A stretch of 64,000 nt of DNA from Polyangiales bacterium. Its GTDB lineage: Bacteria > Myxococcota_A > Polyangia > Polyangiales > Houyiibacteriaceae. The stretch spans positions 79,464-143,463 of the forward strand of contig JBGCFM010000016.1 of the NCBI GenBank assembly GCA_045106895.1, read 5' to 3'. The notes under the pieces are model-generated. The model made no database searches. It was given only the letters and a program-made list of their open reading frames with translations, and had not been told where the DNA came from. Numbering within the stretch: position 1 is the stretch's first letter; every line of letters starts with the position of its first letter. The position numbers were made by a program, and so were the translations under genes. Below are positions 1 to 10,189 of this stretch, one piece after another.

Positions 1-1
1 C

Positions 2-1171
2 GTCGAAGAGGACACGGGACCAGACGCTTCGGCGCCAGTCTGTCCGACACACCTTCAGTTCGTGAACGTGCGCGCTGAAACGCACAACGACTTAGGGTGG
101 ACCGGATTCGGCCATGGCCTCCGTCAGAACGACGGGTCGATCTTTACAGTAGAGGTCATGGGATGCGACGACGAGTGTCGCCGCTGCAGCGTTAGTGGGC
201 CGGTGAGCAACCTAGGCGTAGACAACCGTCGCTGCCTGGAAGACACACGAATCGTTTGTTCCGCGGATACAGATTGCGGTGACGGAGGACGTTGTCGCTA
301 CGTACAAGGACCGCCCCTCGCCCTCAATATTCTCGGCCGTAATCAGTGCCTTCATCTGTACTTCGACCCAGACGTCGAGGGGGGCACCAGCGTCGAGGGC
401 ACGGTCAATCTAGAGACCGGTGCCGTGAACTTCAGCAAGTTCAACGTCCGAGCGACGGACAACGACAGCATGGGCGTTTGCTCCCAGTGTGTTGGCGACC
501 CGACGATCAATGATGGAATCCCCGGTGGACAATGCGCGAACGGCGTCGATGGTCTACCCACCGACCTCCTCGGTGAGCTTGGTCAGCCTTGCGACGCGAA
601 CGGCTTCGGCAGCGCGCTCAGCGGCACTTACAGCTACGACTGCCCGATCAACACCGTCAATCCAGGGCAGAACTTCATTGTACCCGGCATCTCGACGTCC
701 GGTGTTCGCTGGACCTTGGACGGCGCCCGACCTCAATGCACGAACCCCGCAGTCCCCGAGGGGCTGCCTTGCTGGTGCGGCGTTTGCGAGGATGGCGTGA
801 CTCCGTGTCAGGCGGACAGCGAGTGCGGAGGCGGTACCTGTGGCTTCTGGGGAGGGCCCGAGAGCGGACAAATTCCGACGGCCCCGAACACCTGCGAAGG
901 TGCATGCGAATGGGATCCTGAAACATCCCGCGGCAGCTGCATGTCGACGGCGGCGCCGGTGCGGGTCGGTTGCTTCCCAGCGGCACCAGGGTCTGTGATC
1001 GAAGCTCGCGGAAGCGCTGAAGTACGCGGCGACGAGTACTTCGTGACGCTCAGCCAGTTTGCCTGCTTGGGACCCTCGGCGTCCGTCACCTCAAACATGA
1101 ACTTGGGCTATCCAGGCCCCGCGCTCTACTCACAGCAGTACCGCGTGATCCCGGAATTCCGGACGGAGTAG
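2..1171 (+). CDS. Cys-rich secreted/surface protein, 5' end outside the window
   Basis: Frame is open from base 2 (VEEDTGPDASAPVCP...) to the stop at 1171; many Cys/Gly/Asp motifs (CSADTDCGDGGRC, CQADSECGGGTC). Confidence 0.7.
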   Translation, partial: VEEDTGPDASAPVCPTHLQFVNVRAETHNDLGWTGFGHGLRQNDGSIFTVEVMGCDDECRRCSVSGPVSNLGVDNRRCLEDTRIVCSADTDCGDGGRCRYVQGPPLALNILGRNQCLHLYFDPDVEGGTSVEGTVNLETGAVNFSKFNVRATDNDSMGVCSQCVGDPTINDGIPGGQCANGVDGLPTDLLGELGQPCDANGFGSALSGTYSYDCPINTVNPGQNFIVPGISTSGVRWTLDGARPQCTNPAVPEGLPCWCGVCEDGVTPCQADSECGGGTCGFWGGPESGQIPTAPNTCEGACEWDPETSRGSCMSTAAPVRVGCFPAAPGSVIEARGSAEVRGDEYFVTLSQFACLGPSASVTSNMNLGYPGPALYSQQYRVIPEFRTE

Positions 1172-1172
1172 C

Positions 1173-2402
1173 TTGATGATTAAACGAAGCCTTTGGATCG
1201 CGTGCCTGCTGAGCGCATGCGCGACAGACCTCACGCAGGTCGTCATTAGCGTCGACGTCGCCGTTGGCGTGCCCTGCGATATCGACAACCTCTCGATTCG
1301 ACTCGAGAACTCCGGCGTCGTTGAGACTCTGGACGCGGCCGCCATGGCCAGTGGATTGCCGGCGACGATCACAGTGCTCACGGACGGCACAGACGTGACC
1401 GACGTGGTTGTTATCGGGGAGCAAGGCGGCGTTGAGCGCTACCGGGCGACGTCTCGTGTGATGTTGCGGGAGGGCGAGACCCTTCACTTGCCCATCGTTC
1501 TGACGGACGAGTGCCTCGGCTCAGGTTGCACCGTGGATGGCTCTTCCCTCGCCGCTTTCGTCGATGTGCCTGCGGCTCGCGGAACTCGGGAGTGCGTGGC
1601 TTGCACGCCTTCGGACCCCCCGGTCGAGGTTTGCAATGGCCGAGACGATGACTGCAACGGTATGACCGACGAAGGCGTCTGCGCCGACGAGGTTGAACGC
1701 TACGACGCTGTGGACGTGACGGGCATCGAGCCCTTCGTCGACGCTTGCAATATCCCAGGGGATACGCGCGGCGTCATCTTGATGGGAGCCAACGAGTCGG
1801 AAGTGATGGCGCCGGAGGCGGTCATCGCTGCCCTCGGAGAGTTTGGTTTCTCCTACTACGGACAGCCGGTCGAGAACCTATGGGTCGGCGACAACGGCTA
1901 CGTTAGTTTCGGCGAGAGCGCGCCGAACTCTACGGAGCCTATTCAGCCTGGGAACCTGGAAGGCACCGGCGTGCCGCTGGGAGCACTGATCCCTTTCTGG
2001 GAACGCCTCGAGACCCGGGACAGCGGCGTGTGCGTTACTCTGAGTGATGCCACCGACCGTCTTGTGATCACGTGGAAAGACGCATGCTTCAGCCCCTGTG
2101 GAAGCGCCGACCATCTCACCTTTAGCGTTGTGCTTGAAGGTGGCTCCGACCGAATCCTCTTCCTCTACGACGAGATGCGCGGCGGCGATCCCGCTCGTGC
2201 GAACGGCAGCAGCGCCTCGGGTGGTTTGACGAGCACAACACAAGTCTCGGATCGAAACTGCGGAACGAACATGTGCGGCGCCGACGGTCTCTGCGCGAGC
2301 GGCGCCAATATGGGGATGCCGTGTGGCTTCACTCCGCTCTTTTCGAACGATGGCTCAAGCCCGGTCCCTAGCACCGAGTTCTCACCGGTCACCAGCAACT
2401 GA
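1173..2402 (+). CDS. Lipoprotein with putative metal-binding (MopE-like) motif and nidogen-like C-terminal domain
   Basis: Lipobox LLSAC; EVCNGRDDDCNGMTDEG motif; FGFSYYG...WVGDNGYVSF...IPFW nidogen-like signature. Confidence 0.7.
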   Translation: MMIKRSLWIACLLSACATDLTQVVISVDVAVGVPCDIDNLSIRLENSGVVETLDAAAMASGLPATITVLTDGTDVTDVVVIGEQGGVERYRATSRVMLREGETLHLPIVLTDECLGSGCTVDGSSLAAFVDVPAARGTRECVACTPSDPPVEVCNGRDDDCNGMTDEGVCADEVERYDAVDVTGIEPFVDACNIPGDTRGVILMGANESEVMAPEAVIAALGEFGFSYYGQPVENLWVGDNGYVSFGESAPNSTEPIQPGNLEGTGVPLGALIPFWERLETRDSGVCVTLSDATDRLVITWKDACFSPCGSADHLTFSVVLEGGSDRILFLYDEMRGGDPARANGSSASGGLTSTTQVSDRNCGTNMCGADGLCASGANMGMPCGFTPLFSNDGSSPVPSTEFSPVTSN

Positions 2403-2407
2403 GCCTC

Positions 2408-3322
2408 TCAGGAGCGCATGAACTTGATCATGCGCTCCGCCAGTTCTGGGCCGGCGTCTTCTTGTAGGAAGTGTCCACCGCGCACGCGGTGATGCGGCTG
2501 GTTTGCGGCCCCTGCGACGCGCCGAATGAGCTTCTTCTCGAGACCCCTCGTGATGGGGTCTCCGGTGGAGAAGAGCGTCAGGAAGGGCTTGTCGAAACTT
2601 GCCAGACCTTCCCAGGCGGCGGTGTTGGGCACGTGGGCGGGGTCTTTGGGGGTAAGGGGAACTAGGGCGGGCATCGCTCGGGGGCCCGCCATGTCTCGCT
2701 TCGCTGGGAATGGAGCATCGTATGCTCGCTTCGCGCCTTCGGTGAGCGGCAGGGCCGTTCCGCGCGCGACGACACTGGAGCAGACGAATCGCGGGACGTG
2801 GAGCGCGTAGGTCTTCCACGTCAGAAAAACCGCGGCCTGGATGAGGCTCGCTTTGTTGAAACGAAGAGCTTTGCCCGTTGGGAGAAAGCCATTGCCGACG
2901 ACTACGCGCGCAAAACGTTCGGGTTGCTCACCGACCATGCGCAGCCCGATGAGAGAACCCCAGTCTTGGACAAAGAGGTTGATCTCCGTGAGCTCGAGCT
3001 CGTCGAAGAGTGCACCCATCCAGGTCACGTGCCGCTCGTAGGAGTGGTCGCGCACCTTCGACGGTTTTGATGAGCGCCCGAAGCCGATGAGGTCCGGCGC
3101 GATGACTCGATAGCCCGCCTCAAGGAAGACCGGGATCATCTTTCGATAGAGGTAGGACCAGGTGGGCTCGCCGTGGAGCAGCACAACGACCTCGCCGTCT
3201 CGTGGACCTTCGTCGATGAAGTGCATCTTGAGACCGCTGGGGTCGACTACGCGGAAGTGTGGCGCGTAGGGGAAGTCCTCAAGAGACTCGAAGCGGCTTG
3301 CGGGGGTGTCGTAGAAGTTCAC
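2408..3322 (-). CDS. Haloalkane dehalogenase (alpha/beta hydrolase)
   Basis: [15 protein letters not shown], nucleophile [14 protein letters not shown] start overlaps the pgi stop (GTGA). Confidence 0.9.
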   Translation of the reverse strand: MNFYDTPASRFESLEDFPYAPHFRVVDPSGLKMHFIDEGPRDGEVVVLLHGEPTWSYLYRKMIPVFLEAGYRVIAPDLIGFGRSSKPSKVRDHSYERHVTWMGALFDELELTEINLFVQDWGSLIGLRMVGEQPERFARVVVGNGFLPTGKALRFNKASLIQAAVFLTWKTYALHVPRFVCSSVVARGTALPLTEGAKRAYDAPFPAKRDMAGPRAMPALVPLTPKDPAHVPNTAAWEGLASFDKPFLTLFSTGDPITRGLEKKLIRRVAGAANQPHHRVRGGHFLQEDAGPELAERMIKFMRS

Positions 3323-4941
3323 GCGCCGCGACCCTCGAGGTAGCGAGCGATGAGCGCGCGTGTTGAGTCGTCATGCGGTGATGCGGCGCCGCCCTCCAGC
3401 TCGCCGAGGATCGTCATCGCCAGCTTCTTTCCGAGCTCGACGCCCCACTGGTCAAACGAGTTCACGTTCCAGACGATGCCCTGGACGAAGATCTTGTGTT
3501 CGTAGAGCGCCGTAAGGGTGCCCAAGGTCCGTGGGGTCACCGCATCCAAAAGGAAGGTGGTGCTGGGCCGGTTTCCGGGGAAAACACGGTGGGTGACGCC
3601 GGCGTCATCGAGCTCGGGGTTGGCCGTTCGTACTTGGTCGGCGCTCCGACCGCGCATGAGCGCCTCACTTTGAGCGAAGAGGTTTGCCATTAGAATGTCG
3701 TGGTGTCGGCCCTTGGCGTTGTGGCTCTTGATCGCGCCGACGAAGTCACAGGGGACCAGTCGCGTGCCTTGGTGGATGAGCTGGTAGAATGCGTGCTGGC
3801 CGTTTGTGCCAGGCTCGCCCCAGATGATGGGCCCCGTCACGTAGTCTTCGATGAGCTCACCCTCGCGCGTGACGCGCTTGCCGTTGCTCTCCATGTCCCC
3901 TTGCTGAAAGTAGGCGGCGAAGCGATGAAGGTATTGATCGTAAGGGAGAATCGCGTGGGAGTGGGCGTTCCAGAAGTTGGTGTACCAGATGCCCAGCATC
4001 GCCATGAGCACAGGAATATTCGTCTCGATGGGGGAAGTGCGGAAGTGCTCGTCGGCGATAAACGCGCCCTCGAGTAGCTCATCGAAGTTGTCCGGGCCGA
4101 TGGCGAGCATAATGCTCATCCCGATGGCGCTCCAAAGGCTGTAGCGGCCGCCGACCCAGTTCCAGAACGGGAACATATTGTCTGGGTCGATGCCAAACGC
4201 CGCGACCTTGTCTTTGCTCGTCGAGAGCGCGACGAAGTGAGCGCTCACCGCAGATTCGTCTCCGAGCCGTTCGATGAGCCACGAGCGCGCGCTCGTGGCG
4301 TTGGTGATGGTTTCGATGGTGGTGAAAGTCTTCGATGCGACGCAAAAGAGCGTGCGCTCGGGGTCGACAACCTTGAGCACTTCGGCGAGGTCAGTGCCGT
4401 CGATGTTGCTTACGTAGTGCGGTCGAAGGCCATCCACGAAGGGCTTGAGTGCTTCGGTGACCATCACGGGGCCAAGGTCGGATCCTCCGATGCCGATGTT
4501 GACGACGTCCGTAAACGTCTTGCCGGTATGTCCCGTACGCTCGCCGCTTCGGACTCCCTCGCAGAAGGAGCGCATCTTTGCCAGGACTTCGCGAACGTCG
4601 GGCATGACGTCTTCGCCATCGACGACGACGGAGCGCTCGGAGCGATTGCGCAGGGCGACGTGAAGCACGGGGCGACCTTCGGTGAGGTTGATGGCCTCTC
4701 CGCCGAACATCTTCTCGATGAACTCCGGTACCTTCGATTCACGCGCGAGTTCGAAGAGCGCCGACAGGGTGTCCTCTGTGGCGATATGTTTGGAAAAGTC
4801 AGCGACGATACCTGGGAGTTCGCGCGTCAACTTGGCGGCACGGCCTGGCTCTTTCTCGAAGAGGTCGCGCATATGAGCGTTGCTCATCTCGCTGCGGTGC
4901 TGCTCAAGTGCTTTCCAGGAAGGGCGCTTTGTGATGCTCAT
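3319..4941 (-). CDS. pgi: Glucose-6-phosphate isomerase
   Basis: [53 protein letters not shown]. Confidence 0.98.
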   Translation of the reverse strand: MSITKRPSWKALEQHRSEMSNAHMRDLFEKEPGRAAKLTRELPGIVADFSKHIATEDTLSALFELARESKVPEFIEKMFGGEAINLTEGRPVLHVALRNRSERSVVVDGEDVMPDVREVLAKMRSFCEGVRSGERTGHTGKTFTDVVNIGIGGSDLGPVMVTEALKPFVDGLRPHYVSNIDGTDLAEVLKVVDPERTLFCVASKTFTTIETITNATSARSWLIERLGDESAVSAHFVALSTSKDKVAAFGIDPDNMFPFWNWVGGRYSLWSAIGMSIMLAIGPDNFDELLEGAFIADEHFRTSPIETNIPVLMAMLGIWYTNFWNAHSHAILPYDQYLHRFAAYFQQGDMESNGKRVTREGELIEDYVTGPIIWGEPGTNGQHAFYQLIHQGTRLVPCDFVGAIKSHNAKGRHHDILMANLFAQSEALMRGRSADQVRTANPELDDAGVTHRVFPGNRPSTTFLLDAVTPRTLGTLTALYEHKIFVQGIVWNVNSFDQWGVELGKKLAMTILGELEGGAASPHDDSTRALIARYLEGRGA

Positions 4942-5006
4942 CGGCGAAGCCTAGAGCACATCGCATTTTTTCGCACGGGCCGCTTTGGGCGGCCCTCGGA
5001 CCGTGG

Positions 5007-7238
5007 TTACTCGCCGACTTGAATGCCGAGCTGAGAGAAGAGGAACGCGAATACGTCCGTGTATTCTTCGATCTCTTCGCTGAGTGCCGTGCCCATTCCG
5101 TGGCCCGACGTGGCGCTCGTGCGCAGGAGGATTGGGGTGTCGGCAGCGTTCGCCGCTTGGAGACGCGCGGTCATCTTTCGCGAGTGCCAAGGCTCCACGC
5201 GGGGGTCGTTGGCGCCGGTGAGAAAGAGCGTCGCTGGGTAGGCCGTTCCGTCGGTAACATTGTGGTAGGGCGAGTAGGCATGCAGCGCTTGAAAATGCTC
5301 TTCGTTCGTGACGGTGCCGAACTCGCTGACGTTGAACGCACCGTTGGGTGAGAGCTCGACACGGAGCATGTCGTAGATGCCCACGTAGGAGACGACGACG
5401 TGGGCGAGCTCCGGGTTTTGCACCATCGTCGCACCCATCAATAGCCCTCCGTTGCTGCCGCCGATGATGCCGAGGCGTTCACTGGAGGTGTACCGCCGCT
5501 CAACGAGGTGACGAAGCACCGCGGAGAAGTCATCGAAGACGTTTTGTTTGTGTGTGAGGTTGCCGGCTTCATGCCAAGCCGCGCCAAACTCTCCGCCGCC
5601 TCTGAGGTTGGCGACGACGTAGATCGCGCCGTTGTCCATGTAGAGGCTGTTGAGGGCGCGGAAGCGAGGGACGATGTTCACGCCGTATCCGCCGTATCCG
5701 TTGACGACGCAAGGGTTGGTGCCGTCGAGCTCCGTGCCACGTCGCATGATGATATTGAGAGGTACCTCGGTGCCGTCGGCGCTCGTCGCCATCTCGCGAC
5801 GAACTTCCCACTCGCTGGCGTCGACGGCGCTGGTCTCACGCAACGGAGTGTCCACGACTTCGCCTGTGGCGGGGTTGAGGAGCTTCCACGAGGACGCTTG
5901 CACGAAGGACTCCGTGCGGAAGAGGATGGAGCCGTCCCGGAGGGACGTCATGGAACGAATCGCGCTCACGGGAGCGAGGCTCGGTGCCGTCTGGATTCGT
6001 CCGCGGTGGTCGTAGAGGCGTAGTTCGCTTGGGCCGCCGGTTTGATACGTGACCACGAGACGGTCCGCCGTCGGGACGACCGTCGGCGGGCCCCAGAAAT
6101 CTGTGACGATGGTGTCTTCGCCCTCGGGGACTACGAGAGTGGCCCGCTGGAGGTTCGGTCGGCGCACAGAGGTGCGAACGATCTTGCCACGCGGCGCTTC
6201 GTTTCGAGAGACGACGTAGAGGTCGTTGCCGGGGCGCCCACGGGCATCGAGGGGGCCGAAAGTCGCCTGCACAACCTCGTCGTCGAAGGTGCTGAACTGA
6301 GTCCAGCGTCCGTTCGTTTCGCGGAGGTACATCGCGAACTCGCCCCCGTCGCCATTCTGCACGGTGGCGAGGAGTCGTCCGCTCTCGGGCTGCAGCTGAA
6401 GCTGAATCTCCGCGATGCGTGGAAAGTCCCTGCCGATCTCGTAGACATCTTCACTCACCGGCTGCCCGATCTCGTGGCGCCAGAGTTGCTGATAGAAGTT
6501 CGCATCTTCCGCTGGACGTTCGTCGCCTCGTGGGTAGCGGGTGTAGAAGAAGCCTGAGCTGTCAGCGAACCAAGCCAGGTCGCCGCCGGCGGTGCCGCCG
6601 TTTACGTACTCGATGATCTCTCCGGTGCGCTCGCCGGTCTCGACGTTGAAGATGTGCACGTCGCCCTTTTCACTGCCACCACGCGAGAGGGAGACCGCGA
6701 GTAGTGAGCCATCGTGAGAGGGGATGAACCAGTCGATGGCGATGGCGCCGTCGGCGTCCATGGAGGAGGGGTCGACGAGGGTGCGTGCAGAGTCCGCCGC
6801 GTCGAGAGAGTCCATGACGACGATGAAGGGTTGCTCCGCCGGAGGTCGATGCTCAAGGGCGAAGATTTTGCCGCCTGCCTCGGCGAGTCCTCGATGGGTC
6901 CGGCTTGGCGCGGCGAGGATCTCTTGGACACGCCCGCGGATCGCGTCGATGCCAGGAAGTGCCGCGAGGTGGGCCCGAGCGACGCGGTTTTGACCGTCGT
7001 TCCAGCTCTGCACATCTGCATCTTCTGGGTCTTCGAGCCACTGATACGCGTCGACTACGTCGACCTCGTGGTACCGGTTGGTGACCGGGCGGACGTCAGC
7101 GACGGGGGCTGTCTCGGGGGCTGTCTCGGCGGCCATAGGCGCTTCGTCGTTTGCCGGAGGGGCGGTCGGAGGTGGAGCGACGGCGCTCGAGCTGCCGCAT
7201 GCCGCGAGAAGGAGGAGGCCGAGACGTTTACTTCGCAT
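5007..7238 (-). CDS. Prolyl oligopeptidase (S9A), lipoprotein
   Basis: GYGGY, NLRGGGEFG, catalytic GGSNGG, DPRV, GHG; start placed at MRSKRLGLLLLAAC (lipobox). Confidence 0.93.
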   Translation of the reverse strand: MRSKRLGLLLLAACGSSSAVAPPPTAPPANDEAPMAAETAPETAPVADVRPVTNRYHEVDVVDAYQWLEDPEDADVQSWNDGQNRVARAHLAALPGIDAIRGRVQEILAAPSRTHRGLAEAGGKIFALEHRPPAEQPFIVVMDSLDAADSARTLVDPSSMDADGAIAIDWFIPSHDGSLLAVSLSRGGSEKGDVHIFNVETGERTGEIIEYVNGGTAGGDLAWFADSSGFFYTRYPRGDERPAEDANFYQQLWRHEIGQPVSEDVYEIGRDFPRIAEIQLQLQPESGRLLATVQNGDGGEFAMYLRETNGRWTQFSTFDDEVVQATFGPLDARGRPGNDLYVVSRNEAPRGKIVRTSVRRPNLQRATLVVPEGEDTIVTDFWGPPTVVPTADRLVVTYQTGGPSELRLYDHRGRIQTAPSLAPVSAIRSMTSLRDGSILFRTESFVQASSWKLLNPATGEVVDTPLRETSAVDASEWEVRREMATSADGTEVPLNIIMRRGTELDGTNPCVVNGYGGYGVNIVPRFRALNSLYMDNGAIYVVANLRGGGEFGAAWHEAGNLTHKQNVFDDFSAVLRHLVERRYTSSERLGIIGGSNGGLLMGATMVQNPELAHVVVSYVGIYDMLRVELSPNGAFNVSEFGTVTNEEHFQALHAYSPYHNVTDGTAYPATLFLTGANDPRVEPWHSRKMTARLQAANAADTPILLRTSATSGHGMGTALSEEIEEYTDVFAFLFSQLGIQVGE

Positions 7239-7292
7239 GGGCCCCGCATATCGCGAGTGAGCCCGGCGTGCACGCCGGCCAATCATGGCCGT

Positions 7293-9362
7293 TCAAGTTT
7301 CCGAGAAGAGGTCACCCAGAGATGTGAGGTCTTCTTCGATGGTCCCCTGTTTGGTCTGCGGGAGGAGCAGCACCGCGCGCCCAGGCCCGATGCGGACGTT
7401 GCTGAGGCCAAGGGCGCCGTGGGTGAGCCCTTTCGCGTGAAGCGCGCTCAGGGCTGCTTTGACTTCGCGGCCGACGCGGAGGCGTTGCGCGTCGCTCAGT
7501 TCGGCGCGGAGGAGCGACTCCCCCCGAGGCGACTCCAGAACGGCGCGTTCTCGTTCATTGTCCACATCAAAGACCGCTTGGAGATGCGGGTGGTCGACTT
7601 GTGCGAGTGAGCGGAGGAACTGGCTGCGTTCTGCGCCGCAAGGCTCGATGCGCACAGTCCGACCCAGGAGCGAGTCCTCCGCCAAGTACGCGCCGCCTTC
7701 TCGTGCCTCGATCAGTACGTAGCGCTCCGTCTCTGGTTTCGGCGCGATAGGGCGCTCCGAAGGCGCAGATGCTCGCTTGCCGAGATCGACCGCGGCTTGG
7801 ACGGCGTCATGATCCGGGTCCCGCCAGTCGATGGCCTCCATGGTCTGCAGAACGGCTTCGACGCTCGGTGGACGCACGGTGAGTTCCTTGGCCAGGAGCT
7901 GATCGAAGAGCGCGTCGAAGCGCGAGCCGACGTCGGGGCGCAGTTCCGACACGCGGCGCGGCGTTTCGTTCAGGTGGGCGCTTACAAAGTCGGTGCCCTT
8001 GAAGGGGATCGCTCCCGTCAGCATTCGAAAAAGAATGATGCCGAAGGCGTATAGATCAGTGCCTGCTCTCGGCTTCTCTCGCCCGGTGATCTGTTCCGGC
8101 GCCATGTACGCAAGGGTGCCCATCATCGCTCCGGTGAGCGTGCTGCTCTGGTCTTGCAGGTGAGCAACACCAAAGTCGCCGATCTTCACATCGCCCGCAG
8201 CGCCGAAAAAGACATTCGCAGGCTTGAGATCGCGATGAATCACCCCGCGCCGGTGAACGGCTTCGAGCCCTTTGAGCATCGACAGAGAGACGCTCTGTGC
8301 CGTTTCCAGGGGCAGACGTGCGTCGTGCTCAAGGCGGTCTTCGAGAGTGCCACCGGCCATGAATTCCATGACGAGGAAAGGGCCGTCCGGGTTGAACTCA
8401 AAAACGCGAACGACGTTAGGGTGGTGAATCCCCGCGGCGACATGGGCCTCCTGCGCGAAACGCCGGTAGCTGTCTCGTCCACGTGCGCCGGCGGCGACGT
8501 TCAGAACCTTGATGGCGACGGCGCGCTCGTAGAAACCGTCGTGGCCGAGAAGCACGCGTCCACTGCCGCCGGCGCCGAGGGTTCGTGCGATGCGGTAGCG
8601 ACCCGCCAAGAGCTCGTTGGCTTCGCCGCCTTTGGAGAGACCCGCGAGCCCGCGTTCATCGCCGAAGGCACTCTTGAGAAACTCGGGCACGGTGAGGACG
8701 GTGTCCTCGTTGGGAATCCGCGAGAGCGCAGCGCTCGCAGCCTGGTCCATGTTGAGCGCGTCGAAGCAGGCCACCAGAAGGGGAAGGGCACGGGCTTCGT
8801 ACTCGGACGATTCTGCTGCGCGTTGAAGGGCGCGCGCGGCGTGGTCCCATCGGGCGAACTTGACGAGGATCTGCCCAAGACGAAGGGCGGCGTCGGCGTC
8901 ATGGGGGTCTTCTTTGAGGCGACGCTCGTAGAGCATCCCGGCCTCTCGGCTGCGCCCGTTTCGCTCTTCGCAGCGCGCCGCATCGGAGAGATCGCCGGCG
9001 CGGGTGAAGAGCCGGGCCGCGCTATCAAGGTCCCCTGCGGCTTCGCGAAGTCTCGCCGCGTCGCTGAGGCGTCCTTTGGACTCCGCGAAGCGCGCGGCCT
9101 CGAGGGCGTCGTCGGGGCGCCCCGCCAAGGTGTCAGCGAGCGCGGCATGAATGTCGCGCGCGTCGCCTTCAAGAGCGCAGCGATAGGCCAGAGCGAAGAG
9201 GCCTGCGTTGCGCGCGATCTCCGCGGCTTTTTGCCACTTCCACACCGACGCCAGCAGCTCTGCCGCCTCTTTGGGGCGGTCTTGCCCCAGCAGAATGGCG
9301 GCGGCTTCTTCGTAACGTCCTTCTTTTCGAAGTCGCTCAAGCTCGGCATGGGTGTCGCTCAT
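7293..9362 (-). CDS. Ser/Thr protein kinase with N-terminal TPR-like repeats and degenerate C-terminal kinase-like segment
   Basis: LGAGGSGRV, VAIK, HRDLKPANV, DFG, YMAPEQ; helical AARL..AG repeats at the N-terminus. Confidence 0.9.
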   Translation of the reverse strand: MSDTHAELERLRKEGRYEEAAAILLGQDRPKEAAELLASVWKWQKAAEIARNAGLFALAYRCALEGDARDIHAALADTLAGRPDDALEAARFAESKGRLSDAARLREAAGDLDSAARLFTRAGDLSDAARCEERNGRSREAGMLYERRLKEDPHDADAALRLGQILVKFARWDHAARALQRAAESSEYEARALPLLVACFDALNMDQAASAALSRIPNEDTVLTVPEFLKSAFGDERGLAGLSKGGEANELLAGRYRIARTLGAGGSGRVLLGHDGFYERAVAIKVLNVAAGARGRDSYRRFAQEAHVAAGIHHPNVVRVFEFNPDGPFLVMEFMAGGTLEDRLEHDARLPLETAQSVSLSMLKGLEAVHRRGVIHRDLKPANVFFGAAGDVKIGDFGVAHLQDQSSTLTGAMMGTLAYMAPEQITGREKPRAGTDLYAFGIILFRMLTGAIPFKGTDFVSAHLNETPRRVSELRPDVGSRFDALFDQLLAKELTVRPPSVEAVLQTMEAIDWRDPDHDAVQAAVDLGKRASAPSERPIAPKPETERYVLIEAREGGAYLAEDSLLGRTVRIEPCGAERSQFLRSLAQVDHPHLQAVFDVDNERERAVLESPRGESLLRAELSDAQRLRVGREVKAALSALHAKGLTHGALGLSNVRIGPGRAVLLLPQTKQGTIEEDLTSLGDLFSET

Positions 9363-9384
9363 CGGTTGCCCACAGAGTCTGCCT

Positions 9385-10125
9385 TCATTCGCTCTCGTCG
9401 GCTGCTGCGCTCTCGTCGGCTGCTTCGCTCTCTTCGGCGCTCACGTTCTCCAGGGCGCTCGTCGCGGCATACTGCTCGGCTCGCGCCTTGGAGCTTCCGC
9501 TTCCTCGGGCAAGGATCTTGCCATCGGCGAGGACGGCGACGTGAAACGTGCGCGCGTGGTCCGGTCCGCTGGTCTCCAGGAGTTGATAGCGGGGTGTCAC
9601 GGATTGAGTCCGCTGCATCAGCTCCTGCAAACGAGACTTTGCGTCGCGTTCGGCACTTACGTCTTGGAGACGCGGGTCGAAGAGTCGGCGTACCACTTCC
9701 CGCGCGTCGGCGTACCCAGCGTCCAAGAGAAGCGCGCCAACGAGGGCCTCGAATGCGGAACACAAGAGCCGCGCCTTCTCACGACCTCCGGACCGCTCTT
9801 CCCCCTTTCCGAGACGAAGCGCCGCGCCGATATCGAGTTCGTCCGCAACGGAGCGGAGACCCGCTTCGCAAACGAGCTCCGCACGAAGCCGAGTGAGTTC
9901 GCCTTCGGACGCCTTCGGGCGCGTGGCGAAGAGCAGCTCAGCGGTGATCATTCCCAAAGCGGCGTCACCCAGAAACTCCAGTCGCTCGTTGTCCGCGTCG
10001 ATGGCAGCGTGCTCGTTGCGGTACGAGCGGTGCGTCATCGCCGTCAGCAGGAGCTCTTGAGAGTTGAAGGTGTACTCAAGGGAGTCTTCGAGGGGATGCG
10101 TTTTGCGAGCGGGCTTCGTGGACAC
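9385..10125 (-). CDS. rnc: Ribonuclease III
   Basis: NERLEFLGDA signature; dsRBD DAKSRLQE...GPDHA...AEQ.AA. Confidence 0.97.
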   Translation of the reverse strand: MSTKPARKTHPLEDSLEYTFNSQELLLTAMTHRSYRNEHAAIDADNERLEFLGDAALGMITAELLFATRPKASEGELTRLRAELVCEAGLRSVADELDIGAALRLGKGEERSGGREKARLLCSAFEALVGALLLDAGYADAREVVRRLFDPRLQDVSAERDAKSRLQELMQRTQSVTPRYQLLETSGPDHARTFHVAVLADGKILARGSGSSKARAEQYAATSALENVSAEESEAADESAAADESE

Positions 10126-10189
10126 GACGAGGCACCGTAGCAGGTCGCTGCGGTCTTGGAAGTACAGATGAGGTTAGCCCGGTAGCGGG

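Noticed and set aside
9388..9442. 18-bp tandem repeat at the rnc 3' end
   Set aside because: Encodes a low-complexity acidic tail (AEESEAADESAAADESE).
8154..9896. 580-aa plus-strand ORF
   Set aside because: Antisense shadow of the kinase and rnc; no motifs; expected in high-GC DNA.
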